A DNA stretch of 64,000 nt from Antedon mediterranea. Its lineage: Eukaryota; Animalia; Echinodermata. The stretch is from the NCBI RefSeq assembly GCF_964355755.1, contig NC_092670.1:2780201-2844200 (forward strand). Direction: 5' to 3'. The translations under genes and the position numbers were made by a program. The notes beneath the pieces are model-generated. The model made no database searches. It had not been told where the DNA came from and saw only the letters and a list, made by a program, of their open reading frames with translations. Shown piece after piece: positions 26,801 to 36,684 of this stretch (positions are counted from its first letter, which is position 1; each line of letters opens with the position of its first letter).

Positions 26801-29800
26801 ACAGAAGCATTGCTCTGTTTAAATGGTACACTGTTTTCAATGGTAAAGATAGTTGAAAACACCATAGCCTCAAATGGTTTGTCTTTTAGGGCTTGCCAAA
26901 TTGTTTTCTTTATTTCTGCAATCTGAAAAGAAACAAATTATACATGTTTCATACATGATATTCATACAAGTTATCTGGGTGTCTCAACATTTAGAAATAT
27001 GGCAGTAAACATAATGAATGATCTTCCTGTTTTATACTAAAATAAAACACTGAAATTAAAAAATTGAATGGTGCTACCACTGTCAAGTGTTTCCCAACTT
27101 GACCCAAGTTGTGGCACAAAATTCATTAACAAATATCACTATTGTTTTTTTTTGCACCACCCTGTGTATTATTCACTCATTTCCGTTTCTCAATGGCAGA
27201 TCTTGAATTCACCTTTTGTTTCTTTTCTTCTTCATTTCCTTTAAGGTCATTTAAATGTGTACCTATAAGTAAGACATGAGGAAAAAGCAGACCGTCTTCT
27301 GTCTTTGCGTCAGGTCTACTGTTTGTGTATATAGAACGAATCCAAGAAAGAATGAACCCCAGATTTGTCAATCGATGTGGATATGTTTCACCCTAAATAA
27401 TACAATAGTACATTATTGACAACATAATAACATTTAAATCTCAATCTCTTTGGTCGACTATTTTAATGTACTTGTTTACTTGTTTCCGGAGCTCAGCGGT
27501 GCTGGGCCCTTAGTCGAGGCTAGGCTATGCCTATAATCCCCTCTTGATAATTACATCAACTCTTGAATATGGCGCAAATTTAATGTAGCGAGAGTTTTTA
27601 AATTTAATGTTTAAACTGAATAGACAGTAACAAGTTTGAGGCTTGAAGCAATTTCACCAGAAGAGAGGTATTGCTAACATTTTTTTAAGGAATGAAATAA
27701 TGTTAGTTTTCTTTAAGTTTGTTTAAGCTAATAGTATAAGTACAGTGTAATTGTGACCAAATTATAAGTATGAAAAAAAAAAACTTATTATAATACAACT
27801 TACAGTTGTTGGATTCAAAACCTTAGCTGGAACATTAAGATCATCACAAAGGTTGAATACTACACAAATAACAGCAAAAGATACCATGAAGATCTATGAG
27901 ATCAATTAAACAGTGACATTCAATTAATTGTAAAGTATAAAAAGATTCTTGACTATCAATCAAATTTAATTTTTGAATTGTCTTTGTGTTTCATAGTGTT
28001 TTACATTTAGATTAGGAAACGCCTTGTCTAAATTTATTACAGATTTACCATAGTACTAGAATTCTTAACAATAAAATTTTACTTGTTAATTTTTTTACTA
28101 TATATAGTGTCTTTTCCTAACCTTTGGGCGCGTTTATACAACACGCTATTACACGCATATTCAACACGCCTACGAGAAGTGTGTTGTATAACATCGAAGA
28201 GATTCCGTGTAATGAGATTTTAATTGCAAAAAAGGCTACTTGGCTGAATCCTAACATTTTGTGGAGACCCGGTTGCTGTTGGTGTGTTGGAAGTGTCCTC
28301 AGGGTATTGTTTTGACCTCTCGTTAAATAAAAGTATGTGCTGTGAAAATGTTGACCAAATCTAGTAGATAATTGTGATTTTTTGGCATATTTTAACCTAT
28401 TTAGCACTTAAAATTAACGCTAATCAAATGTTGGCATAATTTGGCAAAATGTAGCATAGTTTTATCCTAATTCTAAAACATTTTTTTTCTAATTTCAAAA
28501 GCAAATTAAAAAAATCAATAATTGAATAAACTAAATTTTAAACGAAATCATCCTTTATTAAAATCCTTAATATAAACTCATATTAATTCATAATGCATAC
28601 AAGTATATATACAACTTAGGATTATGAAATATGGTATAACACGGTATTACGATTTCATGTATAACTGCAAGGTTTTTGTGGGGTTGACCTCGGCCCGTGC
28701 AACACGCTAAAAATTAAACATGTGTTCAAATTTAGGGTGTTGTATAAACACAGCCCAAGTGTGTCTTAATAGATGACCTGTACACGTATAACTATCCCTT
28801 TACTCCTTTTCTCACAGAACTGTGTACTGGGAATATGTGGGAATAACTTATTACCATTCTAGTCTGATTTTCTGTCAGAATGGGTCATGCAGGCTCCATG
28901 CCAGCATCAGGTAGAATATCCAATATATACTAACTGAAAGTTAGTATACTGAATATTCCCAGCAGGATTGATTGCTATATGCTGGTAACAATGCTGGCAT
29001 CCATACCAGCATTTTACTTCCACGTCTGTGAGAAAAGGGCTTTGTGTAATAAAATGTAACCACTTTACCCGCTGCATCACATGATAAATTGGTTGTCCTC
29101 CAAAATCAGAGATGTTCATCACAAACTTGTCGCTTGTCGCCTTGTCTTCACTTCCTTCTTTCTGAAACTCAATCTCTATTAATTCTTCAATTTTTGAAGG
29201 AATCTTTGTCTGGTCATCACTTCCTTCTTTCTCAAACTCTATCTTTGAAGGAATCTTTGTCTGGTCACCACTTACTTCTTTTTGAAACTCAATCTCTATC
29301 TTTGAAGGAATCTTTGCCTGATGTTTTTCTTGCTCTATATTTAAAAATGTTAAAATATTGTACTAAATTCATAAAAATAAATTCATTAGTTAACAAGTAA
29401 AGTATCCAATATTATGTTTCTGAATGTAATATATCATTTGAAGGTTTGCATGGCAAAATCAAATGTTGTTATAAAGTTTGCAGTACAGCATGTTATATTT
29501 AGTTCTGTTGGGTTTCTCTACATTTCTATCAATATAATAATAAACTTTCTGTATGTACTTTTTATAGGCTTTTTATTAGGATAATTTATTATAGGATTCT
29601 AATTATTTTATCAATGGTAATTAAAATTAATAATTAAATGTAGAAAAATACATTGTCAGACAATTTCATTTTTAGAAATGAAAGTGAAAAGGATAAAGGA
29701 ACGACAGAATATCAACATTTCCAATGATTTCAGGTCCTGGATTTGTTTCCCTAATGATTCTACGCGGCTTTTCGTTTCCTGATTGAAAAAAGAGAAAGAA

Positions 29801-32784
29801 AACCTTGTCAATTAGTAAGAGGAGAATTTAGCACATGCCTCTTAAGATGTTCCTCTTTCAATGAGTTTGTTTTGAGAATAATAACAAATATATTTTCTGG
29901 TTAAAACATGAGCAGAGGTGCCTTGAAAATAGTAGGTCTAGTTATTTCGACACAGAGAGGCCCATAGTTTTAACAAAACAAACAAAAAATTGAAATAGGC
30001 AAAGTATATTTGTTTTGTATTATGGATCAAGCATTTGAAGAAACCAACTGTTCTAAAGTAAACTTCTTCTCAATTTAACCACCTCTTCCATCTTTTTATT
30101 TTATCCGTCAACGGTTATTTTTATTTCAATATGACATGAATACAGAAAAAGTTTACATGATAGACAACAAAGCAACTAGAATCATATTGAGGATCTACAC
30201 TAGAAGAATAAATTATTCTTGTCATGTATAAGACCCTTTTTAAACTAAAATAATATAGTTAGCTAAGTAAACATATAAAGAAAAAGAGACAATAAATAAA
30301 ATATCGAATAAGTGAGAACTAATTATAACAATAAATCGAATATCAAAGCCCAGGCCACAAGTCAGTCCATGTAAAATTCAGTGCTTAGTTTTGGTAGAGC
30401 AGACAGTGAAATATTAGGTGTGAAATGTAATAATGATATGCCTTGCACTTGAAATTTCTATAAATATTTTTGATTACCCTCATCCATTTTGCTTTCTTCT
30501 GTTTTAGTTGATTGTGCTGGATTTTCTTTTGACTGTTCTTCTATTCTGTCTTCTTTCACATGCTTCATGGGAGCATTTTCATAATTGCCATAAGCCTGTT
30601 TTGTAGATGCTGTTGCATTTTGTTTTCCTTTCACTTGTTTCACCACTTCTCTAGCAATTGCTTTCTCATACATTTTAGAAGCTTTAAAAAAAGTGTACAG
30701 TAGTTTGTTTTTGTATATTATTGTTTTTGTGTTTGTACACTATGAATATGTTAATTATTTATTAAAATGTTAAAAAGGAAGAAACACACATTTAATTGAT
30801 TCATTTGCTGTGCCAGCTCAGGAGTCGCAAAAGCAGGAAACATGAAGGACGTGTGGCTCCCTACAACAAACCAACAAATGCAATATTGTACAAAGCTTTC
30901 AAAACAAAACATACATCACACACATTTGAATAATGAATATATCCATGATAAATAAATCCAGTTCTGTGTTATAAATAAATAATTTAGGTAAAAAGAAGCA
31001 AGTTATCAATTTATTTAAAATTTGTTTGAATTGAAGTAGTAATCAAGAAATTGTATGTAAAACAAATTATATAAATAACATCCATAAAACAAGACAATAC
31101 AACTACATAATAAGATTAAATAAATAAATATTAAACAAGAATCATACATTGTCTCTAAAACAACACAGGATTTAACATGGGATTTTTAAAGCAATAAAAG
31201 AGAAAAAAAATTACTATTTAATCACGGTGGATTGATTTGAATATTAGCCACTTGTATGAACTAATTTTCAAAGTTTTATGTTTTACGATTGTCACCCAGT
31301 TTTATTTCATTAATTTATTTTTATTTATTTATTTGATTATTTTAATGATGACGACCATGACTTTAAGTTTGTCTCCAAACTTATTTTGGCCTCCTTCTGC
31401 ACTCTCGTATTTTTCTACTCTTGTAATTTTGTTCCTTGTAAATTTTAAATGTGTGTGAAGAAAAGCAGTTATTAGATTTAGTTTAAAATTTAGTTTCATC
31501 AAAGTTTTTGTAGTTTTTACTTGTTTTATATATATGGTTATTAACATTTTCCTTTTGTTTACCATTACAGCATAAATAATTGAATAATCACTGATTATGC
31601 AATACACCGGCCTGGCTTACCCTTTTCTGTATTTGTGACATATATATGAAGGTTAATGTATTTTTTTAAATCTTGTAAAATCAGTTATTATATTTTATAA
31701 ATAATGATTTTACTGAAGCCAGAAAAATATGGGTTTGTCACAAAAGAAATATTTGCATACTTGTGTCAGTAAATGTTGGTTGGTTTTGACAGTATACTTG
31801 GAATTATATGTGCTACAAACAATTTTTTTAACATCTATGGAACCATTATTTCATGCATCTTAAGATGATACTTACATGTGTCTGGTAGTTCTTCTTTCAA
31901 TGTTGTTTCATCGACATCATCTTGAGTGCACACCGTTGTTGTTGCTATAGCGTCAGTTATGTCATGCTTTGGATTAAAACTATAAAAGAAATGTTGATTA
32001 AATTAAATATCGAATGTCAAAAATGACAAGAAAAAATGCCTTCTTGGTAGAGAATACTGTATTTGTTTATACTACGTCATATTATATTTGTTAAGTCTAC
32101 AAAATATGCTTTTTTTGTAGAAAAGGCAAAATTACATTAAATAGGTATTTATGAATTCTTGGTATCAATGTCCGATGACTTAATGTGTTTTACACCCTTT
32201 CGTCAATCAATTTCACACTTCAGAAAAATGTTTGTATAATAGGAAATGTGGTAAAATGCGATGGTAATGAAATGGTATTTTTATATTTTCAGTGTTTGTA
32301 ATGTTCACAATTCAGTTCATTAGTGGAAAAAACGCTGGTTTTCAGACGGAGGCACACACATATTTAGTGACATGATCCTTTATTTTTCTGGCAGCTATTG
32401 AAGATGTTAAGTTGTTTATAATTTTGTAATGTGTATCTTACATATAATGTCAATAATAATAACCTTTAAACAATATTGTAACATGAAACTAAAAGAAAGT
32501 GCAAATACTTCTTTTGAGAAGTGTATTTTATTGTTACTTTATTTGAAAATCACTTTTAATTGTAATTGTATGTGTTTGCTATCTTTTAATTTGATTTGAC
32601 AGTTTTAATAGATTTGCTTACCCTTTCCTTAGCAAAGCATTGATAGTAGAAGTTTTTCCTACTCCCTCAAGACCTACAAAAATAACTCTGCCTTGCTTAA
32701 CTTCAGCTTTCCCTTCTTCCAGGGCTTCATTATATGCTTTAATTGCTTCTGGTCCTCGAGCCTGTATCTCCACAGGAGTTAAGT
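11871..32784 (-). CDS. Multi-exon kinase-less ROCO gene: Roc-COR-Death-ZU5-UPA-DED-DED, 5'-incomplete, about 1,390 aa
   Basis: Manually spliced GT-AG exons with compatible phases, in transcript order: 32622-32784, 31876-31979, 30478-30681, 29069-29334, 27804-27893, 27213-27392, 26677-26922, 26064-26252, 25549-25704, 25178-25453, 24008-24091, 23528-23747, 23286-23309, 22810-22839, 22427-22684, 21622-21705, 20892-21421, 20191-20325, 19830-19971, 19569-19598, 19149-19193, 18411-18491, 13367-13918, 13149-13193, 11871-11902 (stop). No internal stop. Micro-exons and the last exon are less certain. Confidence 0.8.
13367..13918 (-). CDS. ROCO exon: tandem death-effector-like domains
   Basis: YNKLLVEVSD...PYDLISLLEGPGLL...D...LVE, then FSEYRRKLIAFGQKL...FWLILKLE; two DED-like units, phase 1-1. 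Confidence 0.7.
14542..15440. mobile_element. Non-autonomous TIR element, Ginger-like
   Basis: TGT...ACA ends, 4-bp TSD TGCC, subterminal repeats of about 21 bp (GGTCCGGCCGGACCAGTTTTGGC). Confidence 0.7.
15896..16757. mobile_element. MITE with TIRs of about 21 bp
   Basis: ATAGAGAGAAATGGCGAACCG / CGGTTCGCCATTTCTCTCTAT; TA or AT target, superfamily unresolved. Confidence 0.7.
17420..18208 (+). mobile_element. Partial Helentron-type copy (3' part), same family as 55149-61936
   Basis: Close to the reverse complement of 55190-55960; ends GCGGATAAC-CTAGTT. Confidence 0.75.
19830..20325 (-). CDS. Two ROCO exons (20191-20325, 19830-19971): UPA-like domain
   Basis: RVLSEEKEYGETAIEMPK...GWDV / VRFNEIW; follows ZU5 in frame. 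Confidence 0.65.
20892..21421 (-). CDS. ROCO exon: ZU5 domain with HF|S motif and start of UPA
   Basis: GGTLYL...LVINPGAI...SSAVRCGPPGTVF...LSFPHNA...RLNHFSDY. Confidence 0.85.
22427..22684 (-). CDS. ROCO exon: death domain
   Basis: DWQPFGYNLGL...EMMIYW...LCIALNDHGQIDLANMI fits the death-domain pattern; phase 1-1. Confidence 0.82.
22950..23231 (+). mobile_element. Decayed HINE related to 9348-9916
   Basis: TTTTCACCCCTGTTTGTTTG ... GCACTCTC ... CTAGTT. Confidence 0.45.
23528..23747 (-). CDS. ROCO exon: end of COR
   Basis: VLHFLQKELKVF...IPC...H.H...LPC; canonical splice sites. Confidence 0.75.
24281..24951. mobile_element. P-superfamily-like MITE
   Basis: TIR of about 30 bp, CATGGATTAAAGAATAGA(A/C)GGATATGCATC; CATG ends; degenerate 7-bp flank (CAAGG shared). 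Confidence 0.7.
25178..25453 (-). CDS. ROCO exon: C-terminal COR subdomain
   Basis: FYVLSRL...DFGSYLPDDLFQR. Confidence 0.8.
25549..25704 (-). CDS. ROCO exon: COR domain
   Basis: GILEVGLLKYLWK...LMEKFGLMC. Confidence 0.82.
26064..26252 (-). CDS. ROCO exon: COR domain
   Basis: FLLEYLHDIGEILYYPDDEALRDIIVID, the COR signature; not in the ORF track because it has no start codon. Confidence 0.85.
26677..26922 (-). CDS. ROCO exon: Roc end and COR start
   Basis: IFTIENS...RTLPIKWL; phase 0-0. Confidence 0.82.
27213..27392 (-). CDS. ROCO exon: Roc G4 region
   Basis: LSWIRSI...PHVLLIGTHLND matches the Roc 'W..SI...P.++VGTH.D' pattern. Confidence 0.85.
28124..28758. mobile_element. MITE
   Basis: Imperfect TIR TTGGGC..GTTTATACAACAC at both ends. 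Confidence 0.5.
28803..29041. mobile_element. Short copy of the Harbinger-like MITE at 34505
   Basis: CCTTTTCTCACAGA ... TCTGTGAGAAAAGG inverted ends. Confidence 0.55.
29069..29334 (-). CDS. ROCO exon: repeat insert plus Roc G3 motif
   Basis: Three QxKIPSKIE repeats followed by VMNISDFGGQPIYHVMQR (WDFxGQ-like). Confidence 0.85.
30478..30681 (-). CDS. ROCO exon: low-complexity insert within Roc
   Basis: SSKMYEKAIAREVVKQ...KMDE; phase 1-1, in frame with neighbouring exons. Confidence 0.7.
32622..32784 (-). CDS. ROCO exon: start of Roc GTPase with P-loop
   Basis: PVEIQARGPEAIKAYNEALEEGK...RVIFVGLEGVGKTS (GxxxxGKT/S); acceptor ttttcaag, donor GTAAGC. Confidence 0.88.
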
Positions 32785-33800
32785 CTTGAAAATAAAACTT
32801 ATTAAAATTAGTACACAATCAATGTAATTTACCAAATAGGGCATTCCACAGTATTTGGTCCGTGGGTTGAACAATTGTATTTACTGATTTTGATATAACT
32901 CTATCCATTTCTCAAAGTAGAAGTTTATTAAATAACATTTTTTTTATTTTTCTGATATATAGTTTCTAAGTTATTGAATATTATGAAAAACCATATTTCA
33001 ATCAATCAATTCAATCAATCAATCAATTTCACGGACAGGACATTTTAAAATTCTATTTATTTCATAAACTATGCATCTTATTACTGTTTTATCAACAGAT
33101 ATAGTTACTTTATGTCTCAATAATACATAATTCAAGTATTTAATTAAAATGTTGTTGTTTATTAATTCCATACATGTATTTCAAATTCATAAATGTCCAC
33201 GACGTTTTAAGCAGTTTTTTTACATTTATTTTAATGATGCCAAAAATCTTGATATTTCATTTTCTCCTGAGGACTATCATTAGATTATTAACACATTTGT
33301 TAAAAATGTTATATTTTGATGAAAGTATCAGATTAAAAAAATATATTGTTACAGACGGGACATTTTTGTTATGGACGAGACATACAGTATCATTTAAATC
33401 CTAATTATTTCACAAACCATGAATCTTTTAAACATTTTTTTGCCAGATAGGCCTATAGTTACTCGATGTCCCTATTGTACATGGTAAAGCATTTTATAAG
33501 ACATATTGTGTTTATTAAATTTCATATATGCATTTAAAAATTCATAATTGTCCCGTCCTTGCATAGTTTTGTGGTGTTTTTTACATTTCAGTTAAAAGTA
33601 TTAATACCACAATTTATATTTTTGTTTTCTCCTTTTAAGAACTATATGTAATACATTATAAATCCAAAGGCAAATTACTGAGAAAAATGACAATGCTGTG
33701 GGTATCAGTGGCTGGATCTCAATGGAGATACAAAAAAAAAAAAAAAAAAAAAAAGCGAAAAGCTAAATCAAAACGATAAAGTAAACAGCCAGAAAAGTTA

Positions 33801-33837
33801 GCAGAGCTTTCGGGCAACACTAGCCCTTCATCAGTGC
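33801..33837 (-). ncRNA. Minimal hammerhead ribozyme motif, Penelope-type
   Basis: Minus strand GCA CUGAUGA A GGGC-UAGUGUU-GCCC GAAAGCUC UGC: conserved core, 4-bp stem II, 3-bp stem I, palindromic AGCU in place of stem III. Confidence 0.65.
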
Positions 33838-35706
33838 ATTTGTAATACATTATAAACAAATATTTTGAAACTATCATATTTAAAAAAAATATATTGATGA
33901 CATTTTTCGTAGGAACTTAACGGGACAGACATTTTTGTTACGGATGGGACATATTATTTAAAAATATTTTATTTTATGCATCTTGTTAACATTTTTTCCC
34001 ATACATATACTGTACTATTACTTTTTATTTTACAGTAAGCTCCAATTGTTCATAATCAAGTATTTTATTAAAATTGTTTATTAATTTCATACTTGAATTT
34101 AAAAATGCATAATTGTTAATTCTGAGACATTTTGATTAGGTTTTTCCTCACTTTTCCTCAATTATTGAAGTAATGGCTAGAATCTAAGACCACAGCGTTG
34201 ATAGTCATTTTGTGTTACTTTTTGGTAACTTTATAGAACAAAACTGTAATACAAGTTGCAAAATGGCATTGGAATCATTCACTAGAGCGTTAAAATTATA
34301 GATTAGGTTAAAAAATATCAAATTGCGTGTGATGCATGCAGGTATGCATGGCAGGCCTTTTAAATTATTAGAATCGACTTATTTATTTATACCATTTAAA
34401 GACGAAAACATTATAGGCCCTAGTATTTATTTTTACATATAATGCAGTTTGTGACCTTTCGTTAAAATGCATACGAATGCTATTAAATAAGTACAATACT
34501 CAAAAGCCCCTTTCTCACAGAGCTGTGTGCCAGGAATATACCATTACCATGCCGGTATGGTTTTCTGTGAGAACGGGTCGTCTTGGCATCATGCCGGCAT
34601 CGACATGACCTGCTTTAGACCTAGTAATATTACTAGGGATATTCCCCACAATGCCAGACGGGCATTCTGTGAGAACGTAACGCCGTTACATTCCGGGGTT
34701 ATATTTAATTCCCGTCGAGGCTTTGACACCTTGCGCGGTCAAGTGTATCACTTTGGCGCCGATTCATTCAATTAACAATAATAATGTCGAACTGGAGGGA
34801 TAAGAGAGCTGCTTAAAATAAGGGGACAAGAAAAAATTTGTAGCATTAGGCCATAGCTCTTTGTTGGTGCCTGACCCTTCGTCGCCTTGTAAATTTTACA
34901 GCCTTCTAAGGTGTTTTACAGATTGCCGATTGACGGCTAATTAATTGCTGTACCTGTATAATATATGCACAATATACTGTACATAGCATGTATTGCATAA
35001 ATATGCTATAAAGGAAGATAATAATCTGTAACCTAACATTCGCCGCCATATATCCCTAGACAAAAATAATAACAATAAAGGACGCCCTCAATAATTATTT
35101 TGTCAGAGACTTTTTATTGGCCGAATATGCCCGACTCCTTTCTCACAGAAAGCCGGTATATACCGGTTATATTTCCGGCACGATAGTCCGATGAGAATGG
35201 GTATATGCCGGTAACGATACCGGCACGACGCCAGCACTGTACCGGTATATTGCAGACGGGTGTGTAGAAAGCGACGACCTCGAATTGGACGACCCCAACG
35301 ACCCGGGAGACCTCGAATTGAACGACCTCGAATTGAACGACCCATAACACGAAACCGACGACCCCTATAGCCTAGCCTAGCCTAGGCCTAAGTGTGGTAT
35401 AACATCCCAAAGCCGAACATAGCCAAAGATCTTTAAACTATACCTTATTTTATCATACTCGCAAGCAAGAAATTGATTGAAAAAATACAGAAATATCGCC
35501 ATTTGATACTGATTGTGTCGACACGAACAAACGAAAAGATATGGAACGCCAAGAGTGCATCATTAAAACTGCATTCGACATATTAAAAATAAATTAAAAA
35601 GAAATAAATATTATACAATACATGGTTAAACCATGGACGTATAATTACATCTCGTCTTCTTATAACGAACACTATAGGCCTACCAAGCAGAGTAACATGT
35701 GCATGG

Positions 35707-36504
35707 GGAAATATGACCGGTTGGGCCGCCGACAAGTTGAGCCGCCGGTAATTTCTATGAAACGGCCAGTGCGTCTTTTACGACATTTCGCGTAGTGATA
35801 GAGTGGTGTCCTAGTAGGCCCTACATAAGTTCATGGTCTTTAGGTTTATTGTGTCATGAAAATAAATAATAATTACATACTACAATTTTGTTGGTTTGAA
35901 ACAGCAAAGGATCGTAGTCCTATTTAATAATTTAATTGTTTTTAATCTTTCAAGGTAAAAATGCAGTGCACTCCATAAATATTTTTCTCGCGTGTATGCC
36001 TACCACGTAAAATCACGTCTCTCAGGAGGACTAATAGAGTATTGATATTCTTCGAATGAGGTTAAATAATTATTATTTTTTATTTACTATCTTTTAATAT
36101 CATATTTTATTGAATTTTACAATGTTAATACACAAAATATTTTACTAAAAAACGGTGATTTTATGCAATTATTTTACTTCAACTGCCGCCTGAGGGGGCA
36201 ACATGTTTACGTCATTTTTGGCTAAAAACGATCATTTTCGGTCATGTTTTAGGCCTTATATTTTGGAATCTACAAGTCAGATATTCATAATTATTTCTCT
36301 TTAATTATAATATTTAATAATATATACTAAAAACCGTGATATATAAACTTTGGAATATACATCGTTATATCTAATAATTAATATAAATAGAACTTCTATT
36401 AAATAGAAACGAGCACCGGCGAAAGTAAGCATTTGGCGTTTCATAGAAAATAACGTTTTTCTGGCGGCGCCTCAACTTGTCGGCGGCTCAACTTGGCCTA
36501 ATCC
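35707..36504. mobile_element. Inner TIR element nested in the MULE
   Basis: Inverted GCCGCCGACAAGTTGAG repeats, GG...CC ends, flanked by direct repeat TGCATGG. Confidence 0.55.
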
Positions 36505-36557
36505 TGCATGGGGAGGGCCATAAGAAAGCTTTACATTTCACACATGCATTGTATACG

Positions 36558-36684
36558 GTCAAACCAGGGAGTTGTTATCTAATAACAACTCCCTGGTCAA
36601 ACCATGGAGGTATACAAATATTTTTATACCTCCATGGTCAAACCATGGAGCTGGTAAAACCATGAAGTACCTCCATGGTCAAAC
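36558..36684. repeat. Array of four GTCAAAC direct repeats separated by three 31-34-bp palindromic inserts (putative P-type excision footprints)
   Basis: GTCAAAC at 36558, 36596, 36637 and 36678; every insert starts CA and ends TG. Confidence 0.75.

Noticed and set aside
11871-32784. LRRK, DAPK1 or MFHAS1 orthologue
   Set aside because: No kinase, LRR, ankyrin or WD40 exons are visible and the C-terminal modules differ; no gene symbol assigned.
36558-36684. CRISPR array
   Set aside because: Repeats are only 7 bp, the spacers are themselves palindromes, there are no cas genes and the context is eukaryotic.
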